DNA of 64,000 nucleotides from a virus: IMG/VR virus record IMGVR_UViG_3300032516_000005; one strand, 5' to 3'. Shown piece by piece: positions 55,980 to 64,000 of this stretch (position 1 is its first letter; each line of letters starts with the position of its first letter). The notes under the pieces were generated by a model. It saw only the letters and a program-made list of their open reading frames with translations, ran no database searches and was not told where the DNA came from. The position numbers and the translations under genes were made by a program.

Positions 55980-56422
55980 AAGACAACTTCGTACGCAAAC
56001 GCATCGTCAGCGGTACCGAGGTCGTTGAATCCATCTGCCGCATCGGACGCGACGGTAGGTCGGCGTCGAAGGCTGACAAGGCACGCTGCCACGAGTTCTG
56101 GAACAGCAACCTCAAGGATCGGCGCTTCACGTTGACGGCTGTCGCCGTCGCGAAGCTCAAGACAAGTCATGAAAGCAAGCGCTGCGACATCGGCGATGTC
56201 GGGCGCTACGTTGACATGCGTCGCGATGGATCACCGTTCCCGCCCGTGCTCCTACTGAACTGGGTACCGCGCTGGAAGGCGTGGCGCGTTTGGGACGGCA
56301 ACCACCGTGTACGTGCAGCCCAGTGCGTCGGTGACCAGCGCATCGCGGCGTTCGTGCCGGTCAAGGAACGCACGATCAAGGTGTTGTCACGGCGTTCACG
56401 ATCGCGCACGCGATCAAGGTAG
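55976..56422 (+). CDS. ParB/Srx-like domain protein with RS tail
   Basis: FPPVLL...VWDGNHRVRAA. Confidence 0.75.
   Translation: MKDNFVRKRIVSGTEVVESICRIGRDGRSASKADKARCHEFWNSNLKDRRFTLTAVAVAKLKTSHESKRCDIGDVGRYVDMRRDGSPFPPVLLLNWVPRWKAWRVWDGNHRVRAAQCVGDQRIAAFVPVKERTIKVLSRRSRSRTRSR
56400..56415. promoter_or_regulatory. GATC-N8-GATC palindrome
   Basis: 4nt-TAGACT-6nt-ATG; overlaps the 3' end of the upstream CDS. Confidence 0.85.
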
Positions 56423-56431
56423 ACTCGGTCG

Positions 56432-56665
56432 ATGAAGCGGAAACGAAAGGCACTCGGCGGCTCACGGACGACGCTCACGATCTGGACGGAGATCAAAGAA
56501 AGTCGCGGTGTGTCTACGCCACGCGCTTTGCGCGGTCTTTCAAGACTCGCCAACGCATGTGATCTGCGCAAACGGATCAACCGAGAACAAGGCCGTGAAA
56601 CAGTTGTTCGCGGACCTAGCCAAGAACATCCAGTAACGCCTGTGATCGACGTTTGGGAGGGCTAG
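56432..56665 (+). CDS. small basic protein with MKRKRKALG leader
   Basis: Leaderless-type start from palindrome 56400. Confidence 0.7.
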   Translation: MKRKRKALGGSRTTLTIWTEIKESRGVSTPRALRGLSRLANACDLRKRINREQGRETVVRGPSQEHPVTPVIDVWEG

Positions 56666-56667
56666 AC

Positions 56668-57309
56668 ATGTCGAAGTACATCGGCCAGTGCGACCTCTTG
56701 CGCCGAAAGGGCGCGAGCAACGAACAGAAGTGGCACGCGATGATGAGCTGCGCAGAGCCTGTCTCGTTCAAGACGTTTCTGGCTCACGTAGACATGACGC
56801 CGATGCTCGATGAGGACGACACGTCGAGCAACTGGATCACAGAACATCGACGCTCTGATCCAAGCACCCAAGCGTATCGATCTTGGTGGGGGACTGAGCG
56901 GTGCTGGTTCATCCAGACAGCCGGTTACGAGTTCATCTTCCTTGACGCCACAGGTGAAATGCTCGGTAGCGTCGACGACGACGATGATCCCTATGCCGAC
57001 GACGACGATGAAGCGCCGACGCCAGCAGAGCTTCAGGCGACGCTGAACAAGATCATCGGGGTCGTTCACTTCCTACGCAACAACGCGAACGGCTGGGAGC
57101 AGGAAGGCGACCGCGTCGAAGCACGCAGGTATCGCAAGCACGCCGACAAGATCGATGCTGCGTTTGCGGCGCACGATGCCACGAGCCTTGCCAAGCTCGT
57201 GAGCTTCGCGGGCATGACCAAGGCGCTCGAATTTAAGCCAGACGACCCTAACTCCTATCTGACGGCCAACGAGATCGATCGACTGAGTTGGGGTTGGGCG
57301 AAGCGATGA
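56668..57309 (+). CDS. two-module hypothetical protein joined by an MLG-acidic linker
   Basis: EMLGSVDDDDDPYADDDD linker. Confidence 0.75.
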   Translation: MSKYIGQCDLLRRKGASNEQKWHAMMSCAEPVSFKTFLAHVDMTPMLDEDDTSSNWITEHRRSDPSTQAYRSWWGTERCWFIQTAGYEFIFLDATGEMLGSVDDDDDPYADDDDEAPTPAELQATLNKIIGVVHFLRNNANGWEQEGDRVEARRYRKHADKIDAAFAAHDATSLAKLVSFAGMTKALEFKPDDPNSYLTANEIDRLSWGWAKR

Positions 57310-57734
57310 CGACCACCGCCCTCGTGATCGTGCACCTGAGCAGTATCGATTCGTACGCCGCGAACATCGGCCGCGCAGCTGGAGTGCGACTCGCGCAGGC
57401 AATTATCGGTGCCGTGCACGCACATCAAGGTCCGGTCTACGTGATCGACCAGGGTTGGGACGGCCCGCTGGTAGAACGTGTTGCGGCTGCGATCGACGCC
57501 GTGCCCGTGACGTGGATTTCTTTCGACGAAGACGTCGACGACTGGAACAAGTTCCTGCCCAAGCTCAAGCGGCAGCTCACGCGAGATCATATCGAACGTG
57601 TCGTCGTCGGCGGCGTTTGGTACGACCCGACGTTAGCCGAGGGCTGCGCCACGCGGGTGTACATGTACCTGCGCCGGGCGCTGCCGACAAAAGTCGACGA
57701 GTCGATCGTCGGTTGTTTCACGGATGAGCGCTGA
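57306..57734 (+). CDS. isochorismatase/cysteine-hydrolase-like protein
   Basis: TALVIV... start; VVVGG.W...GC. Confidence 0.55.
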   Translation: MTTTALVIVHLSSIDSYAANIGRAAGVRLAQAIIGAVHAHQGPVYVIDQGWDGPLVERVAAAIDAVPVTWISFDEDVDDWNKFLPKLKRQLTRDHIERVVVGGVWYDPTLAEGCATRVYMYLRRALPTKVDESIVGCFTDER

Positions 57735-58156
57735 TGGATCCGTACCGTAACAGTAGCCAGGACGTTGCTGATGCGTTGGAACACGTGCTCGAAAGCGTCG
57801 TGGGCCTTGACGAATGGCCCAAGGACGCGTGCTTCACCGAGCAACGCGGGGTCATGTCGATGCGCAAGATCCTCAACTATGACGACTACGGCGCCTGGGG
57901 TGAGTGGCGCTATGGCGAGCTGCGCGGGCTGGATCGCAATGCGCTACTCGACGAGTTCACTAGCTTTCGTGGTCGTGTATGGGCTGAAACTGCCGCGAGC
58001 TGGTTAACCGGGGACAAATTCCACGAGAACATTCCGGCGATCGCTATCTTCGACAGTCGCTACGGGACGGCGATCGGCGACGGACGCGGACGCGTGAGTC
58101 TCGCAGTGGGTCTGGGGCTGTCGCGCCTCTACGTAACCCGGATCGTGGACTGCTAA
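57734..58156 (+). CDS. ParB-like fold hypothetical protein
   Basis: IPAIAI...IGDGRGRV. Confidence 0.55.
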   Translation: MDPYRNSSQDVADALEHVLESVVGLDEWPKDACFTEQRGVMSMRKILNYDDYGAWGEWRYGELRGLDRNALLDEFTSFRGRVWAETAASWLTGDKFHENIPAIAIFDSRYGTAIGDGRGRVSLAVGLGLSRLYVTRIVDC

Positions 58157-58593
58157 TGCGCCCCGCCAAGTTCGCAGGCGCGGCGCCGTCGGCCAAATGC
58201 CCTGCACTGACGTTCCACACCGGGGCGTTTCAGGGCCGCATCAAGGTCACGGCAGTTGTTACTGACGGTCAGCGTCAGATCGGGACACTGACCGCGGCAC
58301 CGCAGCGCAAGCGTTTGGTGATCAACCACGTCTTCGTGAACCCGGAACATCAACGTTGTGGCATTGCGACACGCATGTATGAAATCGCTGGGCAGTATGC
58401 GTGCGCCAACGGTATGAAGCTCGCGAGCGATGTCACGCGATCGGACGAAGCCGATCTGTTCTGGCAGAAGCAAGTTACGAAAGGCCGTGCGCGGCGTGGG
58501 GTCAAAGCCGAGAGCGGCGACTCATATTACGTGCTGAGCTGCCCCGTCGAGACGCTGTCACGGCGTTCACGATTGCCCGCGAGATCACGGTAA
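58156..58593 (+). CDS. GNAT acetyltransferase
   Basis: HVFVNPEHQRCGIATRMY...S.EA..FW. Confidence 0.8.
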   Translation: MRPAKFAGAAPSAKCPALTFHTGAFQGRIKVTAVVTDGQRQIGTLTAAPQRKRLVINHVFVNPEHQRCGIATRMYEIAGQYACANGMKLASDVTRSDEADLFWQKQVTKGRARRGVKAESGDSYYVLSCPVETLSRRSRLPARSR

Positions 58594-58623
58594 CTAACGA
58601 ATCTCGTTGCGAAGGTCTATAGC

Positions 58624-58639
58624 GATCGCGCGCGCGATC
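58624..58639. promoter_or_regulatory. GATC-N8-GATC palindrome
   Basis: Perfect palindrome-4nt-TAGACT-6nt-ATG. Confidence 0.85.
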
Positions 58640-58655
58640 GCGATAGACTCGGCGC

Positions 58656-60515
58656 ATGCGTGCAGCCATCCTTGAAACCTACGACGACGTCACAGGTGCA
58701 GCTCCTGGGCTGTATATCGTTCGGTCGGACGCAGACGCGTACTTTCCCGCGCTGGCTCAGATCGAAGCAGGAGAAGCGAAGTTCCGTGGTGAGTCGTATG
58801 ACGACGCCGGTCGCAAGATGGTCGTGTTTTCTATCGTCCCACATCCCGCACATGGCGGATTTGGTGCGCTGGGTGTCGACCCCGGCCTTCGTCAGATGGA
58901 TCTCGATCCCGCGTACTTCCTGACAGTGTTGAAGGAGTACAAGGATTGGCAGATCAAGTGGTGGCGTGAAGGTGCGCAGAACAGCGTCGATGCGGGTGCG
59001 CAGAGTGTCGCTTTCACAGCCGAGCAAAACAGCGACGGTACCTGGACGTGCGTCGTCGAAGATAACGGCTCCGGTATGACCGAGGAGATCCTCGTCACCA
59101 AATTTCTTCGCCTGGGGGCAACAACAAAAGTCGGTGCAGAAGGCGTCGCAGGCGGCTTCGGTAAGGCCAAGGAGCTACTGCTCCTGCCGTGGATTGGCTG
59201 GCGCGTCCATACGCGCAACATCATCGCGGAAGGCGCGGGCAATCAGTACAGCTTGCAGGAAGCGCCGTACTTTCAAGGTACGCGGCTCGAAGTCATCATG
59301 CCCGCGGATCAGCACACCGACACTGCTTCGGCGATTGCCTTCATCGAGCGTAGTTACCTGCCGCAGGTTCATTTCACCGTGAACGGCGAAACTTGCGACG
59401 CGGCGCTGATCGGCGACAATCCCGTTGGCAGCCTTCCAGGGAAGGTCGACTTCTTCTTCACTCCTCGGATGGGCGTGTCGAACTACTGCATGTTTGTACG
59501 GACACGTGGTTTGTATATGTTCGATCTCTACGTCGGGAAGATCCCCGGCTACTTGCTCGTTGAGCTGACGGCACCGTCGATCGAGATCTTGACGGCCAAC
59601 CGCGATGGGTTCCGCGACTCCGACGTCAAACGGGCGGTGGAACGTCTGGCTGAGAAGATCGCAAAGGACAACATCTCGGCGCTCAAGAGCCAGCGCGGCC
59701 TCATCCGCCAGAAGTTCTCGGGGACGGGTAAGTTTCGTGCGAAGCAACTCGCTGCCGAAATGCTCGAACAGATCGGTCCGACGAGCGAAACCATTTCATC
59801 GAGCACCGTAGAAACCCTCATGGCGGTGCTCCATGACCGTGAAGTGCTTACGCGGCGAGGGGCGTCGTCGGCGTCGTCGTCGTTACCGTCGACCGCAACT
59901 GCACAGGTGCTTCTCGATCAGGTATTCACCGGACCGAATCATATCGAAGCTGCGATCAAGCAGCTCGTGTGGGAACCCGACTTCTACATCATCAACGACA
60001 TCGAAAACTTCAAAGTCCCTGCGAGGTTCTTCCCCGCGACACTGTCCCCGCGCGTGCTAAAGCTCGCCAAAACGTGGGTTGAGCTAGTTCGTTACGTGAT
60101 GATGCAACTCGGCACCACGCGTGAGTTCGGTGTCGGCTGGGTGTTCTCGACAGATATGGCGGCCGCCGCCGCGACCACAGGCACCTATGAAGCGGCTGAT
60201 TGGGGCATCTCACCAGGAGAAAGCTGGATCCTCTTGAACCCGTTCCGCAACATGCACAGCGGCGAGATCTGGCGACCCACGAACAACGCGGACCTCAAGT
60301 GGCTTTACGCGGCTGCCGTCCATGAGTGTACGCACATCGCCGACGGAATTTCGTATCACGACGAGAGCTTCGCGCGAGCGCTGACGTACAACGTCGCCAA
60401 AACCGCTGACGGCTACCGTAAGATTCGCAAAATCGTCGCGGGGATCAAGATGGCGGGCGGTGCCGATCTCGGCGGGTACGACGACGATGACTACGACTAC
60501 GACTACGCCGACTGA
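58656..60515 (+). CDS. GHKL ATPase with C-terminal HExxH zincin domain
   Basis: REGAQNSVDAGA, DNGSGM, GATTK, GGFG; VHECTH...HDE.F. Confidence 0.88.
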   Translation: MRAAILETYDDVTGAAPGLYIVRSDADAYFPALAQIEAGEAKFRGESYDDAGRKMVVFSIVPHPAHGGFGALGVDPGLRQMDLDPAYFLTVLKEYKDWQIKWWREGAQNSVDAGAQSVAFTAEQNSDGTWTCVVEDNGSGMTEEILVTKFLRLGATTKVGAEGVAGGFGKAKELLLLPWIGWRVHTRNIIAEGAGNQYSLQEAPYFQGTRLEVIMPADQHTDTASAIAFIERSYLPQVHFTVNGETCDAALIGDNPVGSLPGKVDFFFTPRMGVSNYCMFVRTRGLYMFDLYVGKIPGYLLVELTAPSIEILTANRDGFRDSDVKRAVERLAEKIAKDNISALKSQRGLIRQKFSGTGKFRAKQLAAEMLEQIGPTSETISSSTVETLMAVLHDREVLTRRGASSASSSLPSTATAQVLLDQVFTGPNHIEAAIKQLVWEPDFYIINDIENFKVPARFFPATLSPRVLKLAKTWVELVRYVMMQLGTTREFGVGWVFSTDMAAAAATTGTYEAADWGISPGESWILLNPFRNMHSGEIWRPTNNADLKWLYAAAVHECTHIADGISYHDESFARALTYNVAKTADGYRKIRKIVAGIKMAGGADLGGYDDDDYDYDYAD

Positions 60516-60517
60516 CG

Positions 60518-60895
60518 CTACCGGCGCTTGCGGCGCCCGGCGCCTGCCAACGGGCTCGCTGGCTTGGTGTCGGTCGTGAACACCGTGACCAGCTCACCTC
60601 CACCGGGTGTCGACCGCCGGCTGATCGCGCTGTCATGACCGCGCTTCTTGAGCTTTGCTGCGATCGTTGCAGGCGTCTGGATGTTGCCCATCACCGAGAA
60701 GTCTTCTAGCCATTCAGCCGGCGTGACTTCGAGCGGCTTCTTGAGACAGAGGCTGAACTTTGACGTGGGACCGTACGTCTTGGCGAACATCTCGTTGCTG
60801 ATGAAGTAGCTCGGGCCGCTGGGCGGGCCGGGAACTCGCGCGCCGCGGTACATCGGTTCGAGTACCAATGCGCAGGCCTTCGTCTTCGGTGGCAT
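60518..60895 (-). CDS. ADP-ribosyltransferase-like small protein with basic tail
   Basis: MYRG...SYF....A..YG...L..PL...GHDS; ends LAGAGRRKRR. Confidence 0.6.
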   Translation of the reverse strand: MPPKTKACALVLEPMYRGARVPGPPSGPSYFISNEMFAKTYGPTSKFSLCLKKPLEVTPAEWLEDFSVMGNIQTPATIAAKLKKRGHDSAISRRSTPGGGELVTVFTTDTKPASPLAGAGRRKRR

Positions 60896-60953
60896 GCCCA
60901 ACGCTATCACGCTGCCAATCGAGCCGCATCGGTGACGTGAAAGCGCGACTGCA

Positions 60954-61901
60954 TCAAGCAACCCGCCGCTTGCGAAAGTGCCGCACACCCAGCGCGGTAC
61001 CGCCAATGGCGACGGCGCCAATCACGAGCCAGCCGATGAACGGAAACGCGCGCTTTGGCGGTTCGCGCTTCGTCTCGCGCTGACCGGCACGACACTGCTC
61101 CATGAGCTTGATACGGTTTTCGACCGTGTCCTGGTTCGCAGGAAGATCGCGCAGTGCTTTATTGATGCACCCATTGAGCGCTTCCTGTGCTTTCGCCTCC
61201 TGTTCGCCGATGACGATCTGCATTTCGCGCAGGAGGCCATCTCTGTCTGCCCCCGTGAACACTCTCAGGATGTCCTTGGTGTCGGACAACAACAGGTGCG
61301 TGCCACCGATCACGATGATCGCACCAATGGTGCAACCGAGAAATGCCCACGGTCCGGCAAGGCAGAGCGCTGCAACGCCGTTCAATCCCGCGCGCTGACG
61401 TTCGATGTCCGTTGGGCATACGCGTCCACCGGGCCCGGAGATCTTCAGGCCCTTCATGTCGATACGGCCGGAGCCGTCAGGTAGACATTTCAGGTCAGCC
61501 TTGATGAACTCGGTACCTGTCTGCGGATCGAACCGCACGCCTGCGTCATGCGCGAACAGCGGCGGGAACGGTGGATCTGCAGGGAGGTTCGGCGCGCCCG
61601 CTTTGCGCAGTGCTTCAGAGACACCGCCCACACGAAGTTTTTCGAGGAAGAGGCTCTGCAACTCGAACAGCTTGATCGATTGGCTGTTGAAGTTTTGAAC
61701 TTCAGCGCAGTTCGCGACCCCGAGGACGATCTGGTGCAAGATCGCGTTGTGCCACCGGAGGACCGACGCTTCGGACTCGACCATCCACGCCAGGAATTGG
61801 TCGACGAAGGTCTTGACCTCTTCCGGCGAACTGAAGGCAGAGACTTGACCGAGTGTCCGCTGGCCAAAGGTGGCGTGGCCGGTCCAGGTAGTCGTGAGCA
61901 T
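60954..61901 (-). CDS. membrane protein with two TMs and basic tail
   Basis: MLTTTWTGHATFGQRTLG leader; C-terminal TM plus RHFRKRR. Confidence 0.8.
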   Translation of the reverse strand: MLTTTWTGHATFGQRTLGQVSAFSSPEEVKTFVDQFLAWMVESEASVLRWHNAILHQIVLGVANCAEVQNFNSQSIKLFELQSLFLEKLRVGGVSEALRKAGAPNLPADPPFPPLFAHDAGVRFDPQTGTEFIKADLKCLPDGSGRIDMKGLKISGPGGRVCPTDIERQRAGLNGVAALCLAGPWAFLGCTIGAIIVIGGTHLLLSDTKDILRVFTGADRDGLLREMQIVIGEQEAKAQEALNGCINKALRDLPANQDTVENRIKLMEQCRAGQRETKREPPKRAFPFIGWLVIGAVAIGGTALGVRHFRKRRVA

Positions 61902-61918
61902 GCTGCCATCTAAGCATT

Positions 61919-61934
61919 GATCGCGTGCGCGATC
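61919..61934. promoter_or_regulatory. GATC-N8-GATC palindrome
   Basis: GATCGCGTGCGCGATC between divergent genes. Confidence 0.8.
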
Positions 61935-61986
61935 CAGCTTGCGTAGCGCTACGTCAGCGACACTGTCGCCTGATAGACTGCGCGGC

Positions 61987-62700
61987 ATGTCCAAGTGCAT
62001 CAGCGTTATCTGTACCGTTCTGCTTCTCGGTTGTCGGCCGTGTCCAACACCTGCACCGACGCCAACGCCAACGCCCGTGCTGCCTGCGGACGCAGCCGTG
62101 CCGGTGCAAGGCACCCAGGTGACGCTGACGATGGCGCAAGTCGCGCTCGCGAATCCCGCGACCACATCGGTCTACTTCAGCTTCGGCGCAGATTCGAAGA
62201 TCCAAGCAGCCGATTGGGCGAGCTTCTGTACCATGACGAGCCCGCTGACCTGCAACTTCACGATGACAGGATCGCAAGCGCTACCCAACCCGCAGGGCAA
62301 GTACCTCAACGTGACGTTGGCGTTCGGTGCGGCTGTTGGTTGCGGTGGGACCAAGGCTGAGATCAACGTCAACAACCCGACCTGGTTCGACATCCTCGAC
62401 GTCAGCCTGGTCGACGGCTACTCGAACAAGATCGAGATCGACTACACGCCGCCAGGCGGCACGACCGCGACGAAGCTCGGACCGCCGCTTGGCAAAGACG
62501 GCAACGAGAAGGTCTTGGGCGTCTTCCCCTACGGCTGCGACATCTGCACCGCGCGCCAAAAGCCACCGTGCGGGATCGCGGCCGGTGGCACCGGTTGCAA
62601 AGCCGGTACGCAGTACAAGCCCGACGTCCCGTGTCAGTTCCAAGGCGCTGTCAAAGGCGGCGGTGGGACCGTCGTCGTGACGCTGTTGTCGACGCGCTAG
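61987..62700 (+). CDS. thaumatin-like (GH64-TLP superfamily) lipoprotein
   Basis: Lipobox LLLGC, PT linker, TKAE...DILDVSLVDGYS, Cys-rich. Confidence 0.7.
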   Translation: MSKCISVICTVLLLGCRPCPTPAPTPTPTPVLPADAAVPVQGTQVTLTMAQVALANPATTSVYFSFGADSKIQAADWASFCTMTSPLTCNFTMTGSQALPNPQGKYLNVTLAFGAAVGCGGTKAEINVNNPTWFDILDVSLVDGYSNKIEIDYTPPGGTTATKLGPPLGKDGNEKVLGVFPYGCDICTARQKPPCGIAAGGTGCKAGTQYKPDVPCQFQGAVKGGGGTVVVTLLSTR

Positions 62701-62982
62701 ATGATCACGGTCAATTGCCTGTGCGGTGAACGGCTCAAGATCGACGCCGCGTACGCGAAAACGCAGCTACGTTGGAAGGGCTTGTTCGGCTTCGGGCAGC
62801 ACGTGAGTGATCCCAAGGCGTTCGTCATGCGCTGGCTCGTGACCGTTCATGGCTGGAGCTACACGGGCGGCCGCATCGCCAAGACGACGTTGACGATGAC
62901 GTGTCCGCGGTGCTGCGCGAAGTCACCGAAGTTGCCTGACGACGACCTAGACGTCGATCCAGTCGCTCATTTTGGGCCGTAG
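62701..62982 (+). CDS. zinc-ribbon hypothetical protein
   Basis: CLCG...CPRC. Confidence 0.6.
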   Translation: MITVNCLCGERLKIDAAYAKTQLRWKGLFGFGQHVSDPKAFVMRWLVTVHGWSYTGGRIAKTTLTMTCPRCCAKSPKLPDDDLDVDPVAHFGP

Positions 62983-63708
62983 TCGTTCGTACGTGTTGAG
63001 CGCCGCGTCGGCGGTTGCCTTGCGAACACTGGGCAGCTTGATCTTCATGTCTTCGATCAGGTCGCCAGGAACGTCGCCGACCACGTCGTACCCGCCGCCG
63101 GCACGTCGCTTGATCAAGTCGATCCGCGCGATGTGATCGTAGAGCGACCGCGCAGCCGAGAGTGAGAAACAGACCTCGGTGGCGTCGCGCTGCATCGAGT
63201 CGCGATCGCTGTACATGACCCCGCCAGGCATGTCGTGCAGCACGAGGATGTAGCTGGTGACGCGCAGCTTGGCCGCACTCGTGTTGGCCTGCTTCGCGAG
63301 CCCGTAGATCGCCTTGCGATACGCGTCCCCGAGCTTCGTCTTCAACTCGCGCGTGACCGTGTAAGCCCGGTGGGTCTCGCGATCGTGCGGCCAGACGTGA
63401 TTCTGTTGATCGGCTTGCAGCTTGTCGTACGCCGCATCATGAATTTTGTAGAGCTGATCGAGTGCAGCGTGGATCGGCTTCCACGTCGGTAGGCCCTGCA
63501 TGTAGCGCAGATAATCTTCGCCGCTGTGGATGATCGGGGCGATCGAGTCGCCGAACCACACGTGACAATCCTCGCCGCGGCGACGGTCGCCCGCGAACTC
63601 GCCGCCACGGCCACGCACTTCGCGCGTCTCCAGGATGTCCACCATCTCCCACGGTGAGACGGACCGGAACAGGACACGCAGGCGATTGGGGCCCTTGTCA
63701 GCTAACAC
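62947..63708 (-). CDS. hypothetical protein, possibly ART-fold
   Basis: LFRSVS..E..DI...; start 7 nt after TAGCCT next to palindrome 63725. Confidence 0.65.
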   Translation of the reverse strand: MLADKGPNRLRVLFRSVSPWEMVDILETREVRGRGGEFAGDRRRGEDCHVWFGDSIAPIIHSGEDYLRYMQGLPTWKPIHAALDQLYKIHDAAYDKLQADQQNHVWPHDRETHRAYTVTRELKTKLGDAYRKAIYGLAKQANTSAAKLRVTSYILVLHDMPGGVMYSDRDSMQRDATEVCFSLSAARSLYDHIARIDLIKRRAGGGYDVVGDVPGDLIEDMKIKLPSVRKATADAALNTYERLRPKMSDWIDV

Positions 63709-63724
63709 GGTTTCGAGGCTACCA

Positions 63725-63740
63725 GATCGTGTCCGCGATC
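63725..63740. promoter_or_regulatory. GATC-N8-GATC palindrome, bidirectional
   Basis: GATCGTGTCCGCGATC flanked by TAGGAT(+) and TAGCCT(-). Confidence 0.85.
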
Positions 63741-63756
63741 GGTGTAGGATGCCCCC

Positions 63757-64000
63757 GTGACCGCGCCAAGCCCATCTGACCACGTCGTGCTCGCCGTACT
63801 CTGCGATCGCTGTGAGGGGCAGCTGGTTGTCGAGGGTGCGACCCGCGAAGATGCCCGCGGGAAGCTGCGTAGCGCGATTGTTGCCGCTCGGTGGCGCGTA
63901 GTCGATCGGCTCGAAGGCGAACTCGAAGCGGCGGTACAGCTCACTGGCCAGGCGTCGTCGACGATGATTGACGCGCTGGACTTGTGCAGCGCCTGCGCAA
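63757..64000 (+). CDS. 3'-truncated hypothetical protein
   Basis: GTG 6 nt after TAGGAT; CDRC; runs off the window. Confidence 0.55.
   Translation, partial: MTAPSPSDHVVLAVLCDRCEGQLVVEGATREDARGKLRSAIVAARWRVVDRLEGELEAAVQLTGQASSTMIDALDLCSACA

Overview
GC-rich, gene-dense segment of a large dsDNA virus or provirus, probably bacterial. A myxobacteria-style Cys-rich lipoprotein hints at a Myxococcota host. No capsid, terminase, portal, polymerase, rRNA, tRNA or CRISPR could be recognised. All product calls come from motifs read by eye, not database searches. Two programmes are interleaved. (1) Minus-strand blocks of small 'early'-type genes (13.3-17.6 kb, 21.9-39.4 kb), several headed by a repeated CTCTYGMYTTGTTTGAAT element. 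They include a tyrosine recombinase, HNH, LuxR, glycosyltransferase, GHKL-zincin, SprT-like and DUF2786 genes. (2) A 'late'-type set preceded by about 16 copies of a 16-bp palindrome GATCGCG-NN-CGCGATC, usually followed by a TANNNT -10 box 5-7 nt before the start codon (apparently leaderless, sometimes bidirectional). These genes encode membrane-anchored proteins (peptidoglycan-binding-like, cell-wall hydrolase, SGNH, EEP), fibre-like proteins, basic proteins and effector-like enzymes (ADP-ribosyltransferase-like, GNAT, GHKL-zincin). Many carry an [F/L]G motif exactly at domain boundaries, next to Arg-rich or Asp/Tyr-rich tags. The best candidate for a novel system is this palindrome regulon plus a putative [F/L]G processing and packaging code. 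Also notable: a fibre-like gene scrambled into alternating-orientation fragments (49.1-49.55 kb), an 11.5x 12-bp tandem array, a tyrosine recombinase lacking its catalytic Tyr, and a thaumatin-like lipoprotein.
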